Shown piece after piece: positions 11,179-22,160 of a stretch of 64,000 bases of DNA. The notes under the pieces are model-generated. The model saw only the letters and a program-made list of their open reading frames with translations. It did not search any database and was not told where the DNA came from. Position 1 is the stretch's first letter; every line of letters starts with the position of its first letter. This DNA is from an uncultured Methanosarcinaceae archaeon (GTDB lineage: Archaea > Halobacteriota > Methanosarcinia > Methanosarcinales > Methanosarcinaceae): assembly GCA_963727895.1 (NCBI GenBank), contig CAVSHT010000007.1:1-64000 (forward strand), in the 5' to 3' direction. The translations under genes were made by a program, and so were the position numbers.

Positions 11179-11318
11179 TTACAGTTAATTTCTGCATCTA
11201 TATTGGATTAGACATTTCAAATATTAAGCATAAATGCAATAGATAAGCCGGTTTAGTTCTAAAATTAAAAAGTTAAAAAAGCTATAGAAAGGTTGAGAAA
11301 GGTTGTGAATAAGAAAAA

Positions 11319-11393
11319 TGCTCCGATGGGGATTTGAACCCCAGTCGCAGGAGTGAGAGTCCTGAATGATTGGCCGAGCTACACTATCGGAGC
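11319..11393 (-). tRNA. tRNA-Glu (CTC)
   Basis: GCTCCGATAGTGTAGC...CAGGA-CTCTCAC-TCCTG...GGTTCAAATCC...TCGGAGCA cloverleaf. Confidence 0.95.
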
Positions 11394-11600
11394 AGCTTGT
11401 TATTTTGTTATGCTTTGCCTCTCAGCCAGCATATCTTCAAGTAATTTATAAAATATAAATCTTTCGTCTGCATTTTAAAAAAAGAGAGAAACTGCCAAAG
11501 GTACAATCCCATCCGGCAGCTTAAGATAATATTCTTGAAAGCTTTCCTAAACTTCAAAAGATTCTTGATCAGTTAATTAGATTTTGGCTGTCACGAAAGT

Positions 11601-12842
11601 TCATACGAACATAGCCTGAGGAATTGAAGGTTCTTCAGTGTTTACGACCTTTTCATGTGCTTTCAGGAAATCTGCCATCGTAATCTGTTTTCCGCGTCTG
11701 CGGAGAACAAAAATTCCAGCTTCCTTGACGATAACGCTGATTTCTGCCCCACTCATACCGGTCATGACTTTTGCCAGTTTCTCGAAATCCACATCATCTG
11801 CAAGATTCATCTTTCGTGTGTGAATTTTAAGGATTTCAGCCCTTCCCCTCTCGTCAGGAAGTGGAACTTCAATAGATCTGTCAAACCTGCCAGGTCTGAG
11901 GAGAGCAGGGTCCAGAAGATCAATCCTGTTGGTTGCAGCAACGATTTTTACATTGCCCTTAGGATCAAAACCATCCATCTCTGCAAGGAGTTGAAGCATA
12001 GTCCTGTTGACCTCAGCCGAGCCGCTGGTTCCGTCATAAGTTCTCATGCTGCCGACAGCATCGATTTCATCTATAAAGAGAATACTTGGAGACTTATCTC
12101 TAGCAAGCTGGAAAATGTCTTTTACAAGCCTTGAACCTTCACCTACGAATTTCTGGACCAGGTCAGATCCAGACATTCGGATGAAAGTTGCTTTCGCATG
12201 GGAAGCTATAGCCTTTGCAATAAGAGTTTTGCCTGTTCCAGGAGCACCGTGAAGCAGAACGCCTGAAGGAGGTTCAATTCCAATATCCTCGAAAAGTTCA
12301 GGTTCGGTAAGTGGTAATTCAACGCTTTCCCGGACTTCCTGAAGCACTTCATCAAGTCCTCCAATCATGCTGTAGTCTATACCAGGAGAATTAATGAGTT
12401 CCATAACCTGAGCCCGAACATCGGCAGCCCTGCTGACTACGGAAATAATTGAGTATGCTCCGTTTACTGCAACTCTCATACCGGGTTCAATCTTCCCAAT
12501 GCATTCTTCCGGAATCTGGGTAAGGACTTCCTGGTTATTTCCATGCTGCCTTATAAGTGCGATTTCTCCGTTTACCTCAAGGATAGTTGCAATAAAGAGA
12601 GGAGGTTCGGTAAGCTGTTCCAGATGAGCTTTCAATTTATTGATTTCCTGAAGGTGTCTACCTGTAGCTACACTTGCTTCAAGGAGCCGGGCTTTCATGT
12701 TCTCATTCTGTACCCTCATGATTTCTATTTCTGTTAAGAGAGATTTCACATCATTAGGGTTAAGTTTCCCATTCTCAAGCTGGAGTTCAACCCTTGTTTT
12801 GATGTCTTCCATAGAAGATTTTATTGTGCTGTCTTCTGACAT
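11601..12842 (-). CDS. pan: Proteasome-activating nucleotidase (AAA+)
   Basis: N-terminal coiled coil and OB region, GAPGTGKT, IDEID, LDPALLRPGRFDR. Confidence 0.93.
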   Translation of the reverse strand: MSEDSTIKSSMEDIKTRVELQLENGKLNPNDVKSLLTEIEIMRVQNENMKARLLEASVATGRHLQEINKLKAHLEQLTEPPLFIATILEVNGEIALIRQHGNNQEVLTQIPEECIGKIEPGMRVAVNGAYSIISVVSRAADVRAQVMELINSPGIDYSMIGGLDEVLQEVRESVELPLTEPELFEDIGIEPPSGVLLHGAPGTGKTLIAKAIASHAKATFIRMSGSDLVQKFVGEGSRLVKDIFQLARDKSPSILFIDEIDAVGSMRTYDGTSGSAEVNRTMLQLLAEMDGFDPKGNVKIVAATNRIDLLDPALLRPGRFDRSIEVPLPDERGRAEILKIHTRKMNLADDVDFEKLAKVMTGMSGAEISVIVKEAGIFVLRRRGKQITMADFLKAHEKVVNTEEPSIPQAMFV

Positions 12843-13133
12843 TTGAAACCACCTTTCGATCGCGTAAAATTGAGTATATTATGCATGGTTTAAAGATTAG
12901 TTCATTTATGGATATCGATTTGTGAATCTATTGACTTGAAGCCTTTTGGCGTGAGAATTTTTATCACACAGGTATGCAACCAAATAAATCAATTGCAGTT
13001 AGTTAATTAATCAGGTTTTAAAGCGTTACTTTCCGTTCTCTTATAGGTTATTCAGTTTATATAACTCGCCTAAGGAAATTAGATTCTGTCTCGGCTTTTA
13101 CGAAAAGTAAAGCCCTGGAACGGGAAAACAGGG

Positions 13134-13333
13134 AAAATCATTCTCATAAAAATCCCCCGTTATAATAAGAATCACACATTAAAGGTTAAAATTGCATTTA
13201 AAAGATACCCTCATTTTTTCACAGCAGATGTTAAAATCATTCTCATAAAAATCCCCCGTTATAATAAGAATCACACATTAAAGGTTAAAATTGCATTTAA
13301 AAGATACCCTCATTTTTTCACAGCAGATGTTAA
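13134..13333. repeat. Perfect tandem duplication, 99 bp x2
   Basis: AAAATCATTCTC...CAGCAGATGTT starts at 13134 and 13233. Confidence 0.95.
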
Positions 13334-13654
13334 GATGTAGATGCTGTTAAAATGTCTTAATTAATATGTGTGTATAATTATAAAATATATATATACGTTC
13401 CTATGACAACTGTAGCCAGTTTAATCTTTTATATAATATTTATTAAATATTGCGATAAAATTGATTTTAAGAATTAAACTGGGATTTATTGAAAATTGTA
13501 TTCATTTTAGTCTTATATTTTATTCATATTTCTTTTATTTTTCCTTTACAACAGTGTATTGATCTTTTAAAAAATAATCAGCATCGTAGAAAATATCAAA
13601 TAAGTAAAATATATAATAACTTAGAAAGATATATTTAATAATAAAAAAATTGTA

Positions 13655-13909
13655 TTGTTCCACATGCGTACATCACAGGATTTTCTGAGAGTAGGCACAT
13701 TAGTTACGTTTATTGGATTTATTATACTATTCTTAGGTACAATTCTTACTAGTATTCAGCATCCCGGAAACAGCCAGACTGGAGGGATAATAATGATTGG
13801 TCCAATTCCGATAGTCTTTGGTTCGTCTCCCGAAATAACGACAAATATGTTATGGCTTGGATTAATAATATCTATTCTTTATCTATTCGTATGGAAAACG
13901 AAACGTTGA
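13655..13909 (+). CDS. DUF131/TIGR00304-like small membrane protein
   Basis: Two hydrophobic segments flanking GGIIMIGPIPIVFGS. Confidence 0.8.
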   Translation: MFHMRTSQDFLRVGTLVTFIGFIILFLGTILTSIQHPGNSQTGGIIMIGPIPIVFGSSPEITTNMLWLGLIISILYLFVWKTKR

Positions 13910-14271
13910 CTGATGGAAATATGCTTATTGCTATTGGATTTATCACGATACTCATTGGGTTTCTGTTAATTATGATAGGTATAGCTCTAAGTATCTTTCA
14001 GAAACCCAAATCAACTCAGACCTACTCAAGTAGGACAGATGCATTCGGAAGAAATATCAATTTTGAAAATGCTTCAGATTATGAGATTCCACTCCAAGAA
14101 AAGCCCCCTGAAAAAAAAGTAAAGTCAGAAATTAAAACCGGGGGAGTAATCATGCTTGGTCCGATTCCAATTATTTTCGGAAGCGATAAAGATAGTGCAA
14201 AAACTGCAGTAATCCTTGCAATAATACTTATGCTTCTAAGCCTGTTGATTTTCAAAGTATCATTCTTTTAA
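13891..14271 (+). CDS. DUF131/TIGR00304-like membrane protein (paralog)
   Basis: GGVIMLGPIPIIFGS motif, two TM segments; start uncertain. Confidence 0.8.
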   Translation: MENETLTDGNMLIAIGFITILIGFLLIMIGIALSIFQKPKSTQTYSSRTDAFGRNINFENASDYEIPLQEKPPEKKVKSEIKTGGVIMLGPIPIIFGSDKDSAKTAVILAIILMLLSLLIFKVSFF

Positions 14272-14537
14272 ATTACTGTCATCTTCTCTACCGGTTTCAA
14301 AAGCTGTTTTGAACATGATCCAAAAAAATTCAGGTAAATTAGCTCTTTTCAGCTCATTGAGAATCTACCCTTTCTAGCTAACAAATCAATTCTCCTGACT
14401 CAATTCAATATTTCTATATAATTCTGCCCTCTTGAGCGAAGCGAAAAGGGCACCGTCCTCCCGAGACAGAACTCGGGTGATGGAACTCTGGAGGCGAAAC
14501 AAAAAGTTATTAATGGTTAAGCCCGAATCAGGGCTTT

Positions 14538-15812
14538 ATGTTTACGATAATCACGGGTGCGCAGTTCGGCGACGAGGGAAAAGGCAAAATTGTTGACCTT
14601 CTTGCAAAAGATTACGACATTGTTGCCCGCTTCCAGGGAGGGAACAACGCGGGCCATACAGTTAAGGTAGGAGATGAGGTTTACAAATTGCACCTGATCC
14701 CTTCAGGTATTTTGCTTGATGCAAGAATTCTGATCGGACCTGGGGTTGTCCTGAATCCTGAAGTTCTAGCCCAAGAAATTACAATGTTCGAGAAACATGA
14801 AATAAAAGTAGATGCTAAAAAGCTTGGCGTAGATGCAAAAACAAGCATAATCATGCCTTATCATATAGAGCTGGATGGGCTAAGGGAAGCATCAAGAACA
14901 GAAAAAATAGGTACGACAAAACGTGGAATAGGCTATGCGTATATCGATAAAGTAGCAAGAGACGAATTCCGCATGGCTGAGCTTGTGGATCCTGAGCGTT
15001 TTCTTGCAAGACTGAAGGAACTTGCTCCCCAGAAAGAAAAGGAAATAGCAGCAATGGGAGGAAATCCGAAAATCGTTAGGGATCCTGCACTAATTGAAAG
15101 ATATATTGAACTGGGAAAGCAGTTTGCCCCATATGTAACAGATGTTTCCAGAGAAATCAATAAAGCTCTTGATGAAGGAAAATACGTGATGGCTGAAGCT
15201 GCTCAGGGGACTCATCTTGATGTTATACACGGAACCCAGAAATTCGTAACATCTTCTTCTACAATCGCAGGTTCTGCTTGTGCCAATCTAGGAGTAGGTC
15301 CTACAAGAGTAAACAATGTAATCGCGATAGTAAAAGCTTATATCACAAGAGTTGGCGAAGGCCCTCTTCCTACAGAACTTACAGGAAAACTTGGAGAAAG
15401 AATACAGAAGGCTGGAGGAGAATTTGGGACAACTACCGGTAGGGGCAGAAGATGTGGATGGTTTGACATGCCGCTGCTGAAGAAAGCTATTGCTCTTAAC
15501 GGATATACTGAAATTTCCCTGACTAAACTGGATGTATTAACAGGCCTTGATCCACTAAGGATCTGCACTGGTTATACCTCCAAGGGAGAAAGTCTTGATT
15601 ATCCTCCTGAACTTACAGAGGATCTTGCAGAATGTATTCCTATTTATGAAGATATTCCTGGTTGGGAAACTGATCTTACAGAAGTAAAAGCCTTCGAGGA
15701 ACTACCGGAAAATGCAAAAAATTATGTTAAAAGACTGGAAGAACTGATGAAAGTATCGATTACTTACATTTCAGTTGGTCCGGGAAGGGCACAAACCTTT
15801 AAAAAAGAGTGA
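14538..15812 (+). CDS. purA: Adenylosuccinate synthetase
   Basis: QFGDEGKGK, GGNNAGHT, GTTTGRGRRCGW, TKLDVL. Confidence 0.97.
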   Translation: MFTIITGAQFGDEGKGKIVDLLAKDYDIVARFQGGNNAGHTVKVGDEVYKLHLIPSGILLDARILIGPGVVLNPEVLAQEITMFEKHEIKVDAKKLGVDAKTSIIMPYHIELDGLREASRTEKIGTTKRGIGYAYIDKVARDEFRMAELVDPERFLARLKELAPQKEKEIAAMGGNPKIVRDPALIERYIELGKQFAPYVTDVSREINKALDEGKYVMAEAAQGTHLDVIHGTQKFVTSSSTIAGSACANLGVGPTRVNNVIAIVKAYITRVGEGPLPTELTGKLGERIQKAGGEFGTTTGRGRRCGWFDMPLLKKAIALNGYTEISLTKLDVLTGLDPLRICTGYTSKGESLDYPPELTEDLAECIPIYEDIPGWETDLTEVKAFEELPENAKNYVKRLEELMKVSITYISVGPGRAQTFKKE

Positions 15813-15864
15813 TGTAATTTAGTAAGTTTTCCAGACCAGTTGAAGAATAATGAATGAAATTGGT

Positions 15865-16151
15865 GTGAATGAGTAATAATACATACATTCAATTTTATTT
15901 ATTCCTTTTATATGTCTTTTTTAACTGATCCATCTTTAATTTATTTAGTCTTTCTATTGGCGTGAATGAGTAATAATACATACATTCAATTTTATTTATT
16001 CCTTTTATATGTCTTTTTTAACTGATCCATCTTTAATTTATTTAGTCTTTCTATTGGCGTGAATGAGTAATAATACATACATTCAATTTTATTTATTCCT
16101 TTTATATGTCTTTTTTAACTGATCCATCTTTAATTTATTTAGTCTTTCTAT
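15865..16151. repeat. Tandem repeat, 97 bp x3
   Basis: GTGAATGAGTAATAATAC... starts at 15865, 15962 and 16059; no spacers. Confidence 0.95.
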
Positions 16152-16331
16152 ACCTCTTTTAACCTCGATTCAAATTTCACTAATTAGGAGAAATTTGTCT
16201 AATTTATTGTAGATATTAAATTTTGAAAGGTAATACGTTATGAAGTAACCAAGCGTCTAAGCACTGCTCTGTCACTGAGAATTTGGTTTATAAAAAAATA
16301 AGATGGAAGTTGAAGCATTCAATTATATTGT

Positions 16332-16619
16332 TTAGGCTTCAACTTCTAACTGATTGATTTTATTGTAAAAATCTACTATCAATTTTGCAGCTTCGCTTTC
16401 CATGTTCAACTGGAAAATTCGAGTTTGCTTTCCGAAAGGCTTTTCTTTGACAACTCCCGATCCAATCAGAGGTGTGATAACCCTTGATACACTTGCGTGT
16501 GACAATCCAGTTTCCTCAGCTATTCCTGACAGATAAGTTGGTTCGTTTTGTCGTTCAATAAGATTCTTAAGGACTATCATCTGTGCAGTTTTCCCAAATA
16601 TTTGTTCTAATTTATCCAC
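16332..16619 (-). CDS. Winged-HTH transcriptional regulator
   Basis: YLSGIAEETGLSHASVSRVITPL...GVV wHTH pattern. Confidence 0.75.
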   Translation of the reverse strand: MDKLEQIFGKTAQMIVLKNLIERQNEPTYLSGIAEETGLSHASVSRVITPLIGSGVVKEKPFGKQTRIFQLNMESEAAKLIVDFYNKINQLEVEA

Positions 16620-16988
16620 TGTTTTTCATCTCAGAAATGGCTTTTTGATTAAATGATTCTTGGTTTCTTAATATTAGAGATGACCCTCTATTTATTTCTT
16701 TTCTTTAATATAAAATAGAGATCATTAATATGAAGTAAACAAAAGAAATCAGCAACATTCATTTTATGCATACAAACAATAATGGAAACTCTAGAAAAGA
16801 GATGTATTTATTTTTTTCTTCTACGTTAAATCCAAGACAAATATTTTTCATTTTTTCCAAAAGCCACTATTAAGGTATAAAACCTCAACTTAAAACAAAA
16901 AGGTAATCAAAAACCTACATAAGTGTCTCTTAGATCAAAAATAAACCACATATCTATAAGATTTTCATTAAAGATTGAAATATAATTT

Positions 16989-17728
16989 GGCATTGATACT
17001 TAAACATAGTTATATACTATTAGAAAGTATATTTCTTCATTAACTGCCCCAGATGCAATAGTTCCAGTCACAAAAAGAACGGTATAGTTGGTGGGCGTCA
17101 ACGGTACAAATGCCATGATTGTGGATATAACTATACAGTAGAGCTAAAATCAACTGCTTTTTCCGCTTCTGTCAAAAAACAGGCTTTACAACTCTATCTT
17201 GAAGGATTAGGCTTTCGTTCAATAGGAAGATTTTTAGGGGTGAGTCATGTTTCTGTCCAAAGATGGATAAAGAAATTTGGTCAGGAGTTAGAAGACCTAA
17301 AAAGTGAAAATGAGATATCTATTGTTGAAATGGATAAAATGCACACTTACATCGGTAACAAAAAAAATATTGCTGGATCTGGATTGCTGTTGATAGAGTT
17401 GGGAAAAAGTTCATCAACTGCTCTTTTGGTAGCAGAGGAACGGAAACTGGAAAACTACTCTGGGAAAAACTGAAGAAAAAAGAGATTGGAGAAGTGATGA
17501 CAGATCACTGGAGGGCATATGCAGAGTTTCTTCCTGAAAAGAGTCATACTCAATCAAAAGCAGAAACGTATACTGTTGAAGGATATAACAGCATATTGAG
17601 GCATTTCCTGGCAAGATTGAGAAGAAAGACAAAGTGTTATACAAAAAGTCTTGAAATGCTAAAGTACTCGGTTATTCTATTGATGAAATAAAGAAATAAA
17701 GAACTAGATATAGTTAAGTAACAATACC
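16989..17728 (+). mobile_element. IS1-family element (inactive copy)
   Basis: IRs GGCATTGATACTTA / TAAGTAACAATACC, flanking ATAATTT repeat, InsA/InsB frames; start codon ATG changed to ATT and premature TAA. Confidence 0.92.
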
Positions 17729-18505
17729 ATAATTTTAAATTTTTCTGAATCTCCTGAGAATAGTAGTACACATACAGGTATTATTTTATACGGTCACATT
17801 CCATATATATTAAGGATGATAATGAAAATAAATATGAATTTTTTGGAACATATGGATGTTTTCTGGTACCAGTTAGGTAAAGGAATTAAAATATCAGTAT
17901 GGATATTTTTTATGTTAGTTGTGGTTTGGGTGTTATCTAAAATAATGGAGAGCTTTTCTCAGCCATAAACACATTGACATATGTAAGTAGAAATACGAAA
18001 ACATGTTGATAATTAAATAGAAGAGAACAAAAAGAGTAATAATGCCAAAAAGATTTCTGGATATATTATAGCCCTTAAAAATAAACAATGATATTTATAA
18101 AAAAATCAATAAACGAAAATTAAAGAATAACTATGAAGTAATAAGTGTATATACAGAAAAAATTTTTACTTAGATACAGAATTATAAAATAATTTTCTGC
18201 AAGAAATGTTTATGGTACTACAGATAGATTCTTCGTAACTCAGAGTAGAGATTAACTGCTGAGAATTATCCTTGAATCCTTTTTTTCATTATTCTATAGG
18301 GTATATAATTATGAAACACAAGTAATTAAGGTACAAATGTTATGAAACCTTGATTAATTAAGCTTGAATAATGATCAAATTTAAATAAAATAAGTATAGT
18401 AAGTTATAAAGTTAAAAGTCTATAAAGATAAGTATTTTATTTACAATCACAAAAAGAGATTCATAATAATGAATTTTACTAAAAGATAAACAAAGTAGTA
18501 TTTTC

Positions 18506-19240
18506 GGCATTGATACTTAAACATAGTTATATAAGAAAGTATATTTCTTCATTAACTGCCCCAGATGCAATAGTTCCAGTCACAAAAAGAACGGTATAGT
18601 TGGTGGGCGTCAACGGTACAAATGCTCTGATTGTGGCTATAACTATACAGTAGAGCTAAAATCAACTGCTTTTTCCGCTTCTGCAAAAAGACAGGCTTTA
18701 CAACTCTATCTTGAAGGATTGGGTTTTCGCTCAATAGGAAGATTTTTAGGGGTGAGTCATGTTTCTGTCCAAAAATGGATAAAGAAATTTGGTCAGGAGT
18801 TAGAGGACCTAAAAAGTGAAAATGAGATATCTATTGTTGAAATGGATGAAATGCACACTTACATCGGTAACAAAAAAAATATTGCTGGATCTGGATTGCT
18901 GTTGATAGAGTTGGGAAAAAGTTCATCAACTGCTCTTTTGGCATCAGAGGAACAGAAACTGGAAAACTACTCTGGGAAAAATTGAAGAAAAAAGAGATTG
19001 GAGAAGTGATGACCGATCACTGGAGAGCATATGCAGAGTTTCTTCCAGAAAAGATCCATACTCAATCAAAAGCAGAAACATCTACAGTTGAGGGATATAA
19101 CAGCATATTGAGGCACTTTTTGGCAAGGTTGAGAAGAAAGACAAAGTGTTATACGAAGAGTCTTGAAATGCTAAAGTACTCGGTTATTCTATTGATGAAA
19201 TAAAGAAATAAAAAATTAGATATATTTAGTTAACAATACC
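18506..19240 (+). mobile_element. IS1-family element (inactive copy)
   Basis: Same IRs and InsA/InsB frames; same ATT start and TAA lesions; no TSD. Confidence 0.92.
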
Positions 19241-19318
19241 GAACCATGAATTCAATAGACTACAGAAAATCATTTTTCTTATATAAATAGGAATAAATTT
19301 AAAAAGGAGTGTGAGTAG

Positions 19319-21252
19319 GTGGAAAAAAAAGTAAGAAGCCTTCAAAGAAAATAGCTTCTAAACTATTATATGTTATTTGCACATCGCTATTAGTAGTATC
19401 TTTGTTTTCAATTATTTGCCTGGCTGAAAATGTAACTCCGTCTTCAAACGACAATTCAAACGAAAAACTATCACAAAGTTTGTCTTCGAAAATTTCTGAA
19501 GCTTCAGCTGCGGAAAAAATACCAGTAATTATAATGTTACCAAATCAGCATATAGCATTTAAGAGTTCAGCTGGAAAATCACAAATCGAAAGCGAACAAA
19601 AAGATCTCATAAAGTTTCTCGAGAATGAAAAATCAAATAATAAAGTAAAAGATATAAAATCGATTAAAATTATTAATGCTGTAGCCGCCAAGGTAACCCC
19701 TGAAGTAGTCTCTTCTCTTACAAAAAGGTCTGACGTGTCCAACTTAGAGCTTGACAGCGTTGTACATATCATCGGACAAACCGAAACTTCCTCTGAAGAG
19801 ACCAAAACATCGACTACTCAGCAGAATACCGCATCTACAAATGCATGGGGAGTAGATAAAATTGAAGCACCTGCAGTCTGGGAAAAAGGGATAACTGGAA
19901 AAGGCATAAACAGTTGCTGTTGTGGATACAGGAATTGACGCAACGCATCCAGACCTTGACGACCTTGATGATAATCCCAATACAAATGATCCGAAAGTCA
20001 TCGGCTGGGTTGATTACGTAAACGGTCAGTCATCCCCATATGATGATCACGGACATGGTACTCATGTATCTGGAACCATTTCAGGAACTGGAGCTAATGG
20101 TATACAAACAGGAGTTGCACCAGGTACAAAGTTGATTGTAGCAAAAGTATTCGATGCAGACGTTTCTGGATATTTATCTAATTGTATTCTTGGCTTTGAA
20201 TGGGCAGTAGATAACAATGCCCGTATTATAAGTTTTAGCGGTGGATCATCAGTACATGATTCGTCATTTACAACTACAAAAAACAACGTTGTGGCAGCAG
20301 GTGTAATTCCTGTAATAGCAGCTGGCAATGCCGGATCTGGATCTGGCACGATCACATGCCCTGGTGATGAATATAATTCATGCACTGTCGGTGCAACAGA
20401 TTCTTCCGATGTAATAGCATATTTCAGCAGTAGAGGTCCCGTTACCCTTGATGGACAAACATATGTTAAACCAGATGTCTGTGCATCCGGTGTAAGTGTT
20501 ACTTCAACAGTTCCAGGCGGTGGATACGAAGCATGGTCCGACACATACATGGCAACATCACATGTTTCTGGGACCGCAGCATTAATTCTAGAAAAAATCC
20601 TTCTATGAATCCTTCTGATGTCAAGCAGAGATTAGAAAGTACAGCATTAGATCTTGGATCAGCTGGAAAGGATAATGATTATGGTTCAGGTAGAATCGAT
20701 GCATATGATGCAGTATTTGGTGGAGTTCCCATTGCAAACTTTACTGCAAAACCTGCTGAAGGAAAAGCACCATTAAAAGTTACCTTTAAAGACATAAGCT
20801 CAGGATCACCTACTTCATGGAGATGGAGCTTTGGAGATGGAGCAGTAAAGACCTCACAAAATCCAACACATACATATTTCACAGTAGGAAGTTATACAAT
20901 AAAGCTGACAGTAACAAGTGCTGCAGGCAACAATACAACAACAAAAACGAATTATATAAAAGTAGTAACAACGCCAGTTGCAAACTTTACCAGCAATGTT
21001 ACATCTGGAAAAGCACCATTAACAGTTGCTTTTACGGATAAAAGTACAGGAGTTCCTACTTCATGGAAATGGGTTTTTGGAGATGGAACGAATTCAACTG
21101 AACAGAATCCAACGCATCAATATTCACAAGAAGGAAATTATACTGTAAATATGACAGTAACAAATGTTGCAGGCACTGGTACGGCAACTAAAACAAATTA
21201 TATAAAAATAACAACAAATACAAGACCAGGCATCTATTCTATAAGCAAATAA
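19319..21252 (+). pseudogene. Secreted S8 subtilisin-like protease with two C-terminal PKD domains, pseudogene
   Basis: Signal peptide, propeptide, VDTG, HGTHV, AAGN; GTSMATPH degraded to DTYMATSH; about three frameshifts. Confidence 0.9.
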
Positions 21253-21257
21253 ACCTT

Positions 21258-21401
21258 CATTTGTATTCGGTTAAGGAATCTGTTAACGTTATAATGACTA
21301 CTGCAATAATCTATACATCTCGATTTACATTTATAGGTTTACATAAATGGCAACAAAGATAACACATTTTTTATAGATCGTATCTTAACCGAATACAAAT
21401 G
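21258..21401. mobile_element. IS4/ISH8-type MITE (144 bp)
   Basis: Perfect IR CATTTGTATTCGGTTAAG / CTTAACCGAATACAAATG; 10-bp TSD AATAAACCTT / AATAACCCTT. Confidence 0.85.
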
Positions 21402-22160
21402 AATAACCCTTTAAATCAAAAAAATTGAAGTTAAAGAATAGTGGGGGAATTATTATCATAAGAGACAAAAAGATCATCTTTGTCTCTCTGGTAAGAGTTG
21501 AAAATTGACTTCTTTTTTACGGCTTTATGTAGATTATATAAACTTATATATATTAATTTGGCAAGAAATATGGAAGTGCTTTTATAAAGAGTTCTGAGAC
21601 TTCAGTAGAAGCTCGAGTTTCATAATGAGTGGTTATCTCAAAACTGTTTTTCGTTTTAAATTAGTGATAGTTTCAGAACAATTTTTAATGATAAAACCAG
21701 TGACTAATCGTTCTATGTCAAATATTCAAAGAGAAGTTATTTTATTTTTTGACAAACTTTCTATTAATATTGTAAAAATTATTATTTAAATAAACATAAT
21801 ATAATTTGAGTTTATATTATTATTACAAATATACATGCTTATTCATTTGAAAGAAAATATTTGTCTATAATAGATGATTCTTCCCTATAGTAAGTAATAT
21901 TATTCTATATATATAAGTATAAGTGAATTAAAAAATTATATAATAATTTAATTACAGGATTTATTCTAAAAAGAAACGAGTATTTTTATTTATTATAAAA
22001 TTTGGATATTTCTATGATATACTTAGCATTATTTAAATGGAATATTTAAGTTTTATAATTATTAGTATTATCTTTTTAGAATATCCTATTTATTTAATTA
22101 AATATAAATTCAACAATAAAATATGGAAAAAGATCAAATAATTAAAAAAAGGAGATAGGT

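Noticed and set aside
15865..16151. 97-bp x3 repeat as a CRISPR array
   Set aside because: Units are contiguous and identical, with no unique spacers; no cas genes in the window.
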